The translations under genes and the position numbers were made by a program. Shown piece by piece: positions 23,520 through 36,992 of a DNA stretch of 64,000 bases. This DNA is from Mobula hypostoma (Eukaryota): positions 198,092,001-198,156,000 of the forward strand of contig NC_086097.1 in the NCBI RefSeq assembly GCF_963921235.1. Direction: 5' to 3'. The notes below the pieces were generated by a model that ran no database searches, was not told where the DNA came from, and was given only the letters and a program-made list of their open reading frames with translations. How positions within the stretch are numbered: the first letter of the stretch is position 1; the number at the start of each line of letters is the position of its first letter.

Positions 23520-26344
23520 ATAAGTTGGCTGAGGACAGAACTATTGTTGACAGAGTTTCAGATGGTGATGAGGAGGCATACAGGAGTGAGATCGATCAGT
23601 TGACTGAGCATTGTGGCAGCAACAATCTTATACTCGTAGTTAGTAAGACCAAGGAATTAATTGTGGACTTCAGGGAGGGGAAGTTGAGCGAACACACACT
23701 AGTCCACATTGAGGGATCAGAAATGGAAAGGGTGAGCAATTTCATGTTCCTCAGTGTCAATATCCTTGAGGACCTATCCTGGGCCCAATTTATCAGTGTA
23801 ATTACAAAGAAGGCATGACACTGGCTATGTTTCATCAGGAGTTTGTGGAGAATTGGACACCTTCAAATTTTTACAGGTGTACTATGGAGAGCATTCTAAC
23901 TGGTTGCATCACCATCATCTGGTATGGAGGGCCTGTTGCACAGGATAGGAAAAAGCAGCAGAAGTTGAAAACTCAGCCAACTCTATCATGGACACCAGCC
24001 TCGCCAGCATCAAGAACACCTTCAAAAGGAGATGCCTCAGAAAAGCAGCGTCCATCAGTAAGGACCCCCATTACCCAGGGCATGCTCTCTTCTCATTGCT
24101 ACTAGCAAGGAGGTGGTACAGGAGCCTGAAGACACATATTCAATGTTTAGGAATTACTTCTTCCCCTCCATCATCAGATTTATGAATGCACAATGAACCC
24201 ATGAACACTTCCTCAGTATTTTTTCCTCTCTTTTCACATTACCTATTTAATGCCGAGGGCCAGATCACAGGCATTTACGTCTGGTGACCAAGAAAGTTAG
24301 AGGAGGTTCAGGTACGATCCCTGGAAAGCTATCTCACAGGTAAAGTGGCAAATATGGACTAAACTTGAATCAATGAAGGATGCTCAACAGTCGTGGCAGG
24401 ACTTGAATACTATCACCTCTTATAAAGTTAAATCAAGTGACATAGGCGGCAACAGAGCTTCGCTTCCAGCTGAGCTCTATACCTTCTATGCTTACTTTGA
24501 ACAAATAAACATAGAGGAACCATCACGAACTCCCACAACCCCAGATGATTCTGCGATTTCAGTCTCTTTTGCTGATGTACAAGCAGCCTTCAGGAGGGTG
24601 AACACACAAAAAACATCTGACCCAGACTGAATATCTATTCAAGTACTAAGGGCCTGTGCTGTGGTGTTTACTGAAATCTTTAATCTCTCACTTCAGCAGT
24701 CTGAGGTACCCACCTGCTTCAAGCAGGTTTCCATTATAGTGGTACTTAAGAAGAATGTGATAACCTGCCTCGGTGACTAATGTCCAGGAGCACTTACATC
24801 CACTGTAATAAAGTGTTTTCAAAGGTTGGTGAGGAAACATATCAACTCCTGCCTGATAAGTGACTTGGATCCACTCCAATTTGCTTACTGGAGCAACAGA
24901 TCCACAGCACATGCCATCTCATTGGCTCTTCACTCAACCCTAAAACATCTGGACAGCACAAATGCATACATCAGGATGCTTTTTATTGATTACAGCTTCG
25001 CATTCAATACCATAATCTCCTCAAAATTAACCAAAAAGCTTCAAGACCTTGGCCTCAATATCTCATTGTGCAATTGGATACTTGATTTCCTCATTTGCAG
25101 ACCACATTCAGTTCAGATTGACAACAACATCTCCTCCACTATCTCATCAACACAGGTACGTGACAAGGCTGTGTGCTTAGCCCTTACTCTACTCACCTTA
25201 CGCTTATGACCGTGTGGCTAAACACAGCTCTAATGCCGTATTCAAATTTGCAGATGAAATCACTGTCATAGACTGAATCAAAGGTGGTGACAAATCAGCA
25301 TATAGGAGGGAGATTAAAAATCTGGCTGAGTGATGCCATTAGAACATCCCCTTACTCAATGTCAGCAAGACCAAGGAGCTAATTGTTGAATTTAGGAGGA
25401 GGAAACCAGAAGTCCATGACCTAATCCTCTTCGGAGGGTCAGAGGTGGAGAGAGCTCAGCAACTTTAAATTCCTTGGTGATCATTACTTCATAGGACCTG
25501 TCCTGGGCCCAGCACGAGTGCAATTATGAGGAAAGCATGGCAACGCCTGTACTTCCTTAGGAGTTTACAAAGATTTGGTATGCCATCTAAACCTTTAACA
25601 AACTTCTAAAGATGTGCAGCGGAGAATATATTAACTGGCTACGTCACATGGTATGGAAACACCAATGCCTTTGAATGGAAATCGTACAAAAAGTTGTGGA
25701 TGTGGCCCAGTCCATCACAGGTAAAGCCCTCCCCACCATTGAGCACGTCTACACAAAGCATCTTTGTAGGAAAGCTGCATTTATCATCAGGGATGCCCTT
25801 TACCCAGGTCATGCTTTCTTCTCACTGCTTCCATCAGGAAGGTGGTACAGGGGATTAAGGACTCACACCGCCAGGTTCAGTAATAGTTATTACCCCTCAA
25901 CTATCAGGACCTTGTACCAAAGGGATAACTCCACTCAACTGTATTTGCCCCATCATTGAAATGTTCCCACAACCTATTCACTTTCTAGGAGTCTTCATCT
26001 CATGTTCTCAACATTTATTGCTTATTGATTTATTATTAATTTTTGTATTTGCTTAGTTTATTGTATTTTGTACACTGGTTAAACACCAAAGTTGATTCAG
26101 TCTTTCATTGATCCTATTATGGCTATTATTCCATTATACATTTATTGAGTATGCCCACAAGAAAATGAACTTCAGGGTTGTATATGGTGACATATATGTA
26201 TGTTTTGAATAAATTTACTTTGAACTTGTTTTCTATATACACTTATTGTTATTTGCAGTTTTTAATTCTGTATTACAATGCACTGCTGCTGAAAACAACA
26301 GATTTCATGATATATGGCAGTGATATTAAACTTGATTCCGATTC
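23520..26344 (+). mobile_element. Rex1/Babar LINE 3' part (23520-24250), with its tail displaced to 26227-26344
   Basis: SDGDEEAYRSEI..SKTKELIVDFR; FYRCTMESILTGCIT; tail GATATTAAACTTGATTCCGATTC. Confidence 0.85.
24251..26226 (+). mobile_element. Longer decayed Rex1/Babar LINE nested in the 3' UTR of another Rex1
   Basis: LDPLQFAY..RSTAHAISLALH..YIRMLFIDYSFAFNTI..LCNWILDFL; KFADE; tail AATAAATTTACTTTGAACTT. Confidence 0.9.
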
Positions 26345-28299
26345 ACTTTGTAAGCAAGATGTACTCTCCAGTCACTCCCTACCCCGTCCATCGTCCTTCA
26401 AAACCACTAAACCTCCACTTTACCAATACTGATGAGTCACCCTGTAAATATACTGTTGAGGAATACCACTTCCGGCTTAATTCTCTGAGTAAATTTGGCA
26501 ATGCCATCGGGTTTGACTGAAGTTTTCTATAGAATGTGATCACATTGACCTCATGGAATTGGGACAAAAATATTTTCTGTTCCACTTACAATAAGAGTCC
26601 TACAAAAAGGCTCTGGGCAGACTTAATATGGGTTTAAGTGAGATTGTCCTCAATTTGGCACTAATTTGGAACTATCACTTAGCCTTGTTTGTGTGGGAAA
26701 CAGAAATAAAAATCAAACTATCAGTGATTTTCTTCTTAAGGTTGAATAGAGGCACAACAGTGTGCTGAACTTAATCTGGAAATAATTGAACTGGGCATCA
26801 TAAAGCTTCAAGGTTAAAAATAAAATGACTGAAACCTATATAAGGCTATGTTTGACTAACAGACTTTATTTTTAAATGGTCCCTTTAGAGTCCTTCTGTA
26901 ATTATTAATTTACTCTAAACCCTATTTCACAAGGGTATGGTTCATTAACTTCAATAAATGTTTAATCAATCCATTTCTTGATGACATTCTTTATTTGATA
27001 TCATATATGCCAACTCAGAAAACTTGCAAAGGCATACCGGTAATGTAAAAAATGCTGGCATTGTTCCCAAAAACTGGCAATTAAAGGAAGGTCTTAACCT
27101 TTAACAATAGAATGTTGTACTCTTCATACAGACTGGAGATGAAACCTCAAAGAGAGTATTCAATAGTAAGGATGCAAAATAGGTTCTGCCTTTTGAGGGA
27201 TATCCAAGGGATCTGTTCCCATAGAACATGTTACCTTTATTTAAAAATTAAAATGAGCTTGAACAATATTTATAGTGAGTTTCAGAAAGTTAGTTTGTAT
27301 GAAGAAGATATAACTTGTTCTGAGCTCTTTGTGTTTCATATATTTGCAAATTAGCATCCAAAGAATACATATCTCACACTGGTGTCAAGGATGGAATGGC
27401 AAAGAATCATGGTCATTGAAAGAGATAAGGTCATCTGTCTCTGTAGTCACAATAGGTCATGGATGTGAAGGTACTGAGTCCAGCATGAGAGAAGAAGTAG
27501 TCCACACAAAACTGATTGGAAGTAAAAGAGTAACTACTAGAATGAAGTTAGGCACAAATTGACAGTCCTATGTTGGCTTTATTGGAAATCTTGGAGGGCA
27601 TAATATTTATGGATACAAGAGAACTTCCTTTAAGTTACGATATTGAACTAGAGGGCCAGGATAAAGATGCTCATAAGGAGGTTGCACATGAATGCAAGAA
27701 GACAAACTTGTTAAGGGAAATAGAGCAGGTTACTTAAGTGACACTGGAAAGCCTACTTGTGATCAATGTTTCATTTAACCAACTGGCAAAGTTGCAAAAC
27801 CACTTCAATGCAGCACAGTCAGAAATAGTGCTTTTATAAAATTGTCTAATTATAAGATCGACAGTCAGGGGTTGGCAATAACTGTATAGTTGTTCTGAGA
27901 AACCTGTCATGGCATTCAGAATTTTAGTGAGTCTTTGCTTCTTGAGTGAGTTCAAAGGTAAAAATCGCAGACAAATCTGTGGATGAACATACCCAATGAA
28001 GTTACTAAATATGCAAGACCCAACATCCTAATATATGTACACAATACCAGCTCTTAAGGAACTCAAGTAAGTGCCTCAAAATTGCAAAGGAGCCAGCACT
28101 GCATGGCACATTAGAATTATAGCAGTTTACAAACTATTGGTAGGAAAGATAGCTTGAGTTCTATCAATAAGGCTAGGTCACATAGAGGGAAATTTTTTCT
28201 ACCATTGCCCTGGAATCACTCAAGCTATTCTTCTGGTTTATAGCTGAAAAAATGCTTTACTTATCACAAGATTTGGCATATAACCTCTAAGACACTCCT

Positions 28300-29330
28300 G
28301 GATTGACAGTCCATCATTCGTCTAAGCACCTCAAAGCCAGCAGAAAACCCATCAGCTACAGAATAAATGACAAATGGAGTGAGTGCAGGAGATCCAGCAA
28401 TTTGCTGACAACTATGATATGCATGAGTTCTTCAGTTTTACCAAGGTCATCCATTGCCTGAGCACCCGTGGCTTTATCCCACTTATAGTCATGAGCAGTG
28501 GTGAACACATCAGGGACAGAGGAAAATAACCAAAAATCACCATGTCTATTCTTGATGCGAGTTCCCTTGGCTCCATCTTTCGCCATTCTCTTGCACTAGC
28601 CTTGCTACCAACAAAAATACTTAAAAAGCCAGATCTTAATTAAAGATAACAAGATCTTTGGAGCATACATAATTCTGCTGAGATTCTAAAATTCAGTAGT
28701 AAAGGACTTGTCACTAATCTACAGTCTCATTGTCCACAGGTAGAAAGAGGATATTTTCTGCTCTAGCAAAAGAAACTCTATAATTATTGACTACTTTTAA
28801 GAAGGAGATGTCTCATGTAGTAAATACAGAGGGTTCTCCCTGATGTCTACCACAAGGAAAGTCATCAACATGTGCTTTCTCAATCATCTCCTCTCAGTAG
28901 CTGAAGAACTGCTCTCTGAATCACTGTTAGGATTCCATCACCTAGAATCACAATGCAAATTACCTCTCCAACTCCAAGAGAATTCAGAAAATACCAGCAG
29001 CCACTATATGTGGCCTTTATTAACCTTAATGAAGTCTTTGACATCATCAGTTGTGAGTGACTATGGAACACCCCCTGCAAATTCAATTGCACAGAGAAAT
29101 TCTTTTCAATTTTAATTTTACTCCATGGTGACACATTTACAACACGTCTATAACAGAGAAGATCTTAGTGAAATTCTGTGTCAAAGAAAGTCTATGTTAT
29201 TCTTCCACTGCAGTAAGAAAGATTTGTCTAAATCTTTCTAGATACAATGTTGTATTTCACCTCCAAGAAACATCTTGCTGGAATGAAGCTAATTTTCAGA
29301 ATAATGGGAAACTATTAGGAACATGTAATA
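28300..29330 (+). mobile_element. Highly decayed RTE-clade LINE fragment
   Basis: QEIQQFADNYDMHEFF; YRGFSLMSTTRKV..LNHLLSVAEELLSES; QLQE..PLYVAFINL motifs typical of RTE/BovB-like RT. Confidence 0.7.
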
Positions 29331-31877
29331 ACTACTCTCCAGCTCCAAGGACTTCCCAACTTCAGTAATCAATAAAATAGAATGCATCTGAAGGATTTCC
29401 CCTTGTTTGGTGGGATTGATATTTATTATTATTGATCAATAATACTATCCTTTATACTGCCATTAATCAATGCAAACATTTTGGTTTGGATGGAGCTTCT
29501 GATTTTAGGGGCCTTAATCATATTTTTTGTAAACAGATGTAAAAAAATTAAATGTACTGTAATTCCTATGAAATCAAACCAACAATTCACAATATGCACA
29601 GTAATGAAATACAACATGTGAGAATCTCATTAAAATTTGTATAATGAGGTGAAGATCTTCTCCACTTCTCTTTGCTTTTCATTTCAAACTCTGGCAAATC
29701 CACCAGCAAAATAATAGAACTCTCAATGAAGTCTGTAAATGCAAACACATGAACTTCACCTTGTTATTCAAATATCCGTAGGAGCAAATAATTTGGCAGA
29801 AAATGAAATAAATTTGCAGATGCCCCTGTAAGGCTTTAATAATTACATTTTAACAGCTTACTCAAGTTCTGAAGGTAATTATTGTTGACACTGACCTTAG
29901 CTCTTCCTTTTGGAGAGGTTCTACCTTCCTCCCACTGAAACATCTAGTTCCTTCTATAATAACCCAATGTCCATGTCTGTATTAGTTTACCTGAAAGAAA
30001 GTCCATCTCAAATGCTAATTCCTCTGTGCGAAACTTACTAAACCCCTTGTTTAATTTTCATTAGCTTGGTTTTCGGCTCTTAGATTTTATTGTTCCAGTG
30101 CAATGTGAGGTAATCTATTCTGTTACCTTAATCAGTTTACATACATATCCATAAAACAATTTTCCTTTCTGGAGTCAGGAGTCCAAGAGATTATTCTGGT
30201 GAAAGGGTGAAAACATGAAATATTGGACGCTGAAAGAATTAGTCATTCCCGTATGAAATTCAGGTTTGAATAATCAATTCTGATGCTAATTGCTGTTTAA
30301 GGTAATTTGAGTTGAGCTGGGGATACTAAAACTGTTTGCATGTAAATTCAACACCCAAGCCCTATTTAAATACTGCAATAGGTGTCAAGTAAGCCTTGGA
30401 CTGAAGTAGTAGATGCAAGCTTCTCAGATGTGTCATTAAAATTCTCAGATATGGTCAGAGTCACTGCTAGGAGTTTTGCAGTAGAGAGGTGAAGAATTGA
30501 CAAAATGGATAAAAGGTCCACCTTGCTCTCTGACTCTTATTCATTCTTCATGATCGAATGGTGTCATTTTTCTCCTCCATCTCTCCTTCAGATCAAGGGG
30601 GAGCCCTAACAATGATCTGATATCCAAGCAAACTGATTTTACTGACTGCCATTGCAATAGCTCTAATGCAATTGAGAACTGCAATAGTTATGCTGGAATA
30701 TATGGAGAAAGTCTTAGTGAAATCTTGTCAAAGTGCCTTAAGATTTTCCCAAGCCATTTCAAAAATCCTGTTCTCATTTCCATCTCGGTTTTTGAAATCT
30801 CTAAATGTAAACCTCTGTCACTACAGGGGGTGGAAGATATTAGGGCAGATGTCAAAATATGATCATATATTTAGGTTTTAAGGAAAGAAAGAGCTACAGA
30901 AATGGATAAGTTCAGGGAGCATACTTCAGACCTAAAACCTGACGGGAACCAATATTTGAGTGATTAAGATGGGAGTGCAAGTCTGTGTGATGGCCCAAGT
31001 GCGGCGGGAGAGACACTGAAAACGGATGAACAGTTCACTGAATTTTAATAAGAACTGTGCAGAGCGAAGGAATATTATAAATGCTAAGCTAATAGAGCCA
31101 TTAACTAAAACTCTCAAACTTAAGCTAACGCCGACACTGTGACTCAGAAGCAGTAATTTATACAAAATTAATTCTGCTCCTTTACAGCATCAATCTCAGC
31201 TCTAGTCTTTTTTCCTGGAGTGAGGCCTAAGGTATGCAGGGAGCATAGCCATTACTGTGCTTTGGTCAAGTATCAACAAGACTGAAATGAAAGGAAGGGA
31301 GTTAAATGCAACCACAATGAAACGCTAATTGGCTGGAACATGCATACTCACGAACTTGATTGCTGACCCTGTTCAGCTGCCCGCCAGTGAGGGCATCCAG
31401 GCTCTGCGACACAATCTGTGGTTGGGACAGGGAGTTATTAAGGTTATCCTTAATAACTTAAGGAGAAAAAAAATGTGGAGAAAACAAAGTTTTTCAAACC
31501 TGCTTATTCAGATCCCCTCTCTTATGCTTGAATTTTCCTACATTTTGATCTCTAATGTTCATCTGCCAGAGTTAAACATCTTCACCCAGTGTCTTTGCAT
31601 GTGAAAGAATCAAGTGGCTTCCATCCATTTTGTACTGAAATAATGATCACATCACTGGAAAAAGCCCAAATATTATCTTAAAAAAATTGGGAAAACTGGG
31701 TGACAATAAATGACACTGATGAGACCATAAGATATAGAAGCATAATTGGTCCATTTGGCCCATTGAGTCTGCTCTGCCATTTCATCATGGCTGATTCATT
31801 TCTCTCTCTGTCCCATTCTGTGCCTTCTACCCTAATTCTTCATGCCCCGACGAATCAAGAATCTATCAACCTCTGCC

Positions 31878-32192
31878 TGTTACGATACACGCCCAACTGC
31901 ACCAGCTTCCAGGGTTTTGAGGCTTGAACCTTTTGGAATATGGATAGCTGGCACAGCACCTTTAAGGATTCAGGACCATCTCACTAATTGACAGCCACAT
32001 TTTGGCACCAGGATTCAACATTTAAGGCGCACCTGAATGGAGGTTCACTCCTCAATCGTCATTTCCACTTGGATTATCGTCTAGTGTCCAGTATGTGACT
32101 GTTCTCACTTCAGTCTCCCATTGTGTCTCGATTCCAGCCCCAGATACTCCAGCACTGGGGTCCAACCATCCTGGTCTAGGTCTCTCGTCACA
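31878..32192 (+). repeat. 5' LTR
   Basis: TGTTA..TCACA; shares blocks GGAATATGGATAGCTGGCA, GGATTCAGGACCAT and TGTGTCTCGATTCCAGC with 36698-36992. Confidence 0.93.
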
Positions 32193-35100
32193 GTATGATT
32201 GAGCCAACATGGACCCAGCGGTGTATCAGAGTCTTTTGTCTGCTGTGGTCAGCCACTGTGAGAGGATTTCAAGAGAGAGGCTGCAGATACATGACCTCCA
32301 GGTCGCCGTGTCAACTTTCTCAAGGAGGAAGCCAGAGTCCTTCAGCTGAGTCAGTTTATCTTCTGACCCCAGAGTGATTCAACGGTGACCCGTTGAAGAT
32401 GTTCTTGCCACATCTTCCTCACTCAGTGCTCATCGGTGTTCAAACTCCAGCTCCAAAGTTCCCTTTGGAGTACGGAAGGCTGGCCTTCATTTTCTCTCTC
32501 CTGACTGGGAGAGTCCTGGACTAGGCCACCATGCATTGGTAACGAAGGTCAGAGATGTGCTTGGATTTGGAAAAATTTATGGTAGATATGAGGAGGGTGT
32601 TCGATCAACCTGCCAGAGCAAGCCAAGCCTTGGACTATCTGATGAAGTTGCAACAGGGCAGACGGTCAGTGGCCGACTATGTTATTGATATTCAGACGTT
32701 GGCCCAAGAGAGTGGCTGGAATGGGAAGGCCTTGGCCACTCTATACCACCACAGACCCTAAGGTGAACTAAAGGACGCCCTCACCTTGGGAGAGCCAGCA
32801 GAGGACTTAGAGGATCTGATTGACTAGTCCACCTCTCTCTATAATTGTTTTACAGAGTGAAAGTGGTCAAAGAGGTCTCGCCCAAGTCTGAACTCAATGC
32901 TTCGCAGTTGCACTCTCTGACCTCGGACCATGACCAGCTTCTCTCCTGCTCAGGATCCCTCGAGTTCATGCAAATCGGCTACTCAAGACTCTCCACCAAT
33001 TAGAGGTCCTGACGTTGTAGTCAAAGTTGTCTCTATTACTGTGGGGAGGCAGGTCACCTGCAGGCCGAAATGTTTGAGGCTTCAGCCATTGGGCAAACTG
33101 CTAAAACTGTCCAATGTTGGAAAGACAGTGCTGGTATCAGCTAGTACTCCCAATCCTACAGGTTCTGGGATCATGTTGAAGGCGGAGATCTCCTGGGGTA
33201 AGAACTTGAGAAGTGAATGCTTTTATGGACTATGGGGCAGCTGGTAATTTCCTGGACTTGGGGACCACCCATTGGCTCAACATACATATGCAAGAGTTGA
33301 GTCAGCCCATGTCTGCAATTATCCTGGATGGCCGTCCGCTAGGGTCCAGGTAGATCCAGCAGCAGACATTGGCTTTGCAGATGAGGATCACATGGAAGAC
33401 ATTACTGTCACTATCATCGACTTGCCTCTCATTCTACTGATCTTCGGGCACCCTTGGTTGTCCCAGCAATGCCCTTCTGTGAACTAGATCATTGCTTGGT
33501 TCAGTCATTGCAAGAGGGTATGTTTTTTTTGTATATAGTGTTCTGACCCCTAGACTTGCTGGAGACCAAGGACTGATGAGGGGGCAGACTTCAGTTCGGA
33601 GTAACCTGAAACTTTTTGGAGACCCAGTCCTACTCTCAAGGACAGACAAGACAGTGTGACCACAGGACTATGTGAGTCCCAACCCTGTCTGGTCAGGGAC
33701 ACACGGGAACTAGAGAGAGGATCTCTAGTTAAAGAGCAAACCAAGGAAGTGCCCAAGCAGTCTGGAACTCTAGCAGTTAAGCCTAAGGGATCTAGCTACC
33801 TGGTCCTGACTAAAGGAAAGTCTTTGAGACGCAGACCCTTGGTGCCTAGTCCCGGGGGTGCAAGGGCCATTTGTAATGCCTCATAACCATCGTCTGAGGA
33901 TACGGATGAGGATTTGCTGAATTGTCCCTGCTACCTAAGGAGCCTCAGGAGGTGCCCTCAAAGAAAAACTTGGGGGTAATTGCATCGCACAAGCCGGACA
34001 AAATCCCTTCCATCTACAAGGACTGGAAAACGTCTACAGCCAGGGAAAGGACTCCTCCACTGCACCAGCCCTACAACTGTGCTATAGATGTACTGCCTGA
34101 TACTTGTCCTCTGTGGGGGCGATTGTACGCGCATACAGGCCTGGAGAAAAGTGTTATGGAAGTGTAGATAAAAGAGGCTCTTGCCATGGGATTAATTTGG
34201 CCCTCCACCTCACCAATTGGTGTGGGTTTGTTTTTTGTATTGAAAAGGAGCCTGCAGCCACGTATTAATTACAGAGGGTTGAATTGCTAACAGCCAAGAA
34301 CCGTTACTTCTTTCTGTTCATGAACACTACCTTTGAGATTCTTGAAGGAGCAAGAGTATTTTCAAAGCTAGATTTGTGGAGTATGTACAATCTAGTTCAC
34401 AAAAGGAAGGTTAATGAGTGGAAAACTGCATTTAACATATTGATGGGCAGTACAAGTACCTGGTCATGCCTTTTGGCCACACGAACTGTCCAGCAGTTCT
34501 CCAGGCCTTTATAAATAACAAGCTCCTGGATGCCCTCCATAAACATACCTTCATGTACTTGGATGACATCCTAATCTTCTCAAAGTCTATGGAGGAGCAT
34601 ATTGCTTATGTCAATGACATCTTAAAAGAGGTTTCTAGATTATGAACTTTGTGTCAAGCTGGAGTCGTCCAAATTTCAGTGACCACTATTTCATTTTTGG
34701 GTTCTATCATCTCTAATAGTCAGGCAATCTGAGATTGGTCACCATCATTTAATGTGAAACAAGTCCAACAATTCCTGGGATTTGTCAACGTTTACTAGAA
34801 GTTCATCAAGAACTTCAGCTCAGTGGAACCTGCACTAACAGCTCTAACTGAAGAGTTCATGGCCCATTTTGTTTGGACTACTGAAGTGTAGGCTGCTTTT
34901 GCAGAGCTTAAACAGCAGTTCATGACAACTCCAATTTTGGTTTCACCTAACCTGGAACTTCCCTTCATCATGCATGTGGATGTCTTGAATGTCGGAGTTG
35001 GTGCAGTATTATCTCAATGGACAGCTTCGGACAGTAAACTGCAACCATCTGCATTCTTCTCCAGGCGGCTATCTTTCGAGGTGAACTAAGACGGAATAGA

Positions 35101-36697
35101 GAGCTGCTCATGACCAAGCTGGCTCTGGATGAATGGCATCACTGGCTTAAGAGGCCCAAGAACCCATTTATTATTTGGACAGACCACAAGAACCTGGCTT
35201 CAGGAGACCAAGAAACTGAATTCCAGGCAGGCTAGGTGGTCTCTTTTCTTTAACTGCTTTAATTTCATCCTGACCTATCGATTGCGGCCAAAATAAATAG
35301 AAACCAGGTGCCTTTTCCCATCAGTTTGATGAACCCGAATGAGAGGAGAAGGCTACCACCACTTTGCCCGAAGCCAATGTGGCAGCACCAAGTAGTTGGG
35401 GAATCGACACTCTCGGTCACAAGGCTGAAACACAAGGGCAGATCCCCAAGAATGTGCTCCAGGTTGGTCTCAGGTACTTCAATGGGAACATACACTGAAA
35501 ACGACCACTTATCCAGGGATTGCCAGGACTCTCGAGTTCATCAAGAGAAGATACTGGTGGCCTGGAATGGCGAGAAAGGTCAGACAATATGTGCAAGCAT
35601 GTGCCTGGAATGAGGAGCCCTGTGTCCAACGTCAGGGGCTCCTTCATCCCCTGCCTGTTCCAAACAGCCCATGGGAGCACATCCCCATAGATTTTGTCAC
35701 AGATCTTCCTCCTTCCAAGGCAAAGACTGTCAGCATGTAATTGTCAATCATTTTTCAAAGGCCTGCAAATTCATAGCCTTGGACAAGCTGCCATCTGCAG
35801 CGGAGACAGCTAAAATTGTCTTGGACCAGGTAATCAGGATGCACTAATTGCCAGTTGACATTGCATGGATTGTGGGCCATTATTTCCATCACGTTTCTGG
35901 AGTGAGTGTTCTATAAGCTGATTGGGGCAACAACGAGTCTTTCCTCTGGGTTTCATCCGCAGTCCAATGGCTAGACTGAGTGGGTCAACCAAGATGTGGA
36001 ATAAACCGTAAGATGCTTAGAGCCAGAAAGACCTGATGACTGGTACAACCATTTGATGTGGGCAGAAGTCATCTAGAACACCTTACAGTATTCGGTGCAT
36101 TGGATGTCACTATTTGAGTGCCAGTTTGGATATTCTCCGTCACTCTTCCTGAACTGGGAGGCCGAGGTTGGGGTTCCTGCAGCCGAAGATCTTGTCCAAC
36201 GCTGCAAGTAGGAATGGACTAGGGCAAGGGGGATTTTGCTGACCTCTGTCTGGAAGGTAGAAACCAAGGATACCATAGGAAAAGACGTGGACTGGCTTTA
36301 CTGCCTGGGTAACAGGTCTGGCTCTCCTCTCAGATTTTGCCTCTTCACATGGAATCTAGCAAGTTGGTGCCCAAGTTCATTGGACCCTTCAAAGTCCTCA
36401 AGAAAGTAAACCCAGTGGTTTACACCCTACTACTCCCCAAAACCTTGAAGATCAATCCCAATTTCCACTACATAAAGGCTGTCAACACTAGCCCCTTAGC
36501 TCCACCACTATCAGCCCTGCTGCCACTCAGGTTTATTGGCAGGGAACAGGTCTTTACAACAAGAAGAAATTTGGACTCTGACTATTTAGGGTGTTTGGCA
36601 GTACCTCTTGGATCTGGCTGTCATCCATGATGAACATCACCATCTCTCCAAGCAGCCAGGGCCATCAGGAGTCAGTCAGCCGTAGGAGAAGTGGTCC

Positions 36698-36992
36698 TGT
36701 TATATATCCCAAGTGCGCAGCTTCTGGGGTTTAGACACTTGAACTGTCTGGAATATGGATAGCTGGCATGGCTCTTTAAAGGATTCAGGACCATTTCCCT
36801 AATTGGCAGCCATGTTTTCGTGCCAGAAGTCAATATTTAAGGAGCACACAAACAGAGATTCAGAGCTTAATCAGCAGTTCTACTTGGATTATCATCTAGT
36901 GTCTAGTTTAGTATTCTGTTCTCATTTGACTCGCACTGTGTCTCGATTCCAGCACTTGGATCCAACCTTGCTCACCTAGGTCTCCCATTACA
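36698..36992 (+). repeat. 3' LTR
   Basis: TGTTA..TTACA, preceded by purine tract AGGAGAAG; diverged direct repeat of the 5' LTR. Confidence 0.93.

Larger units (their letters stand above)
31878..36992 (+). mobile_element. Full-length decayed Ty3/Gypsy chromovirus-like (sushi group) LTR retrotransposon
   Basis: TG..CA LTRs; degenerate 5-bp TSD CTGCC/TTGCT; gag MDPA at 32209, KLQQGRRSVADY..SGWN, CCHC remnant ~33030; YLDD at 34556-34567; RNaseH, integrase, KLVPKFIGPF. Confidence 0.95.

Noticed and set aside
30567..30862. Strong acceptor followed by a ~90-codon open frame as a host exon
   Set aside because: No recognisable protein and no convincing donor; compatible with chance.
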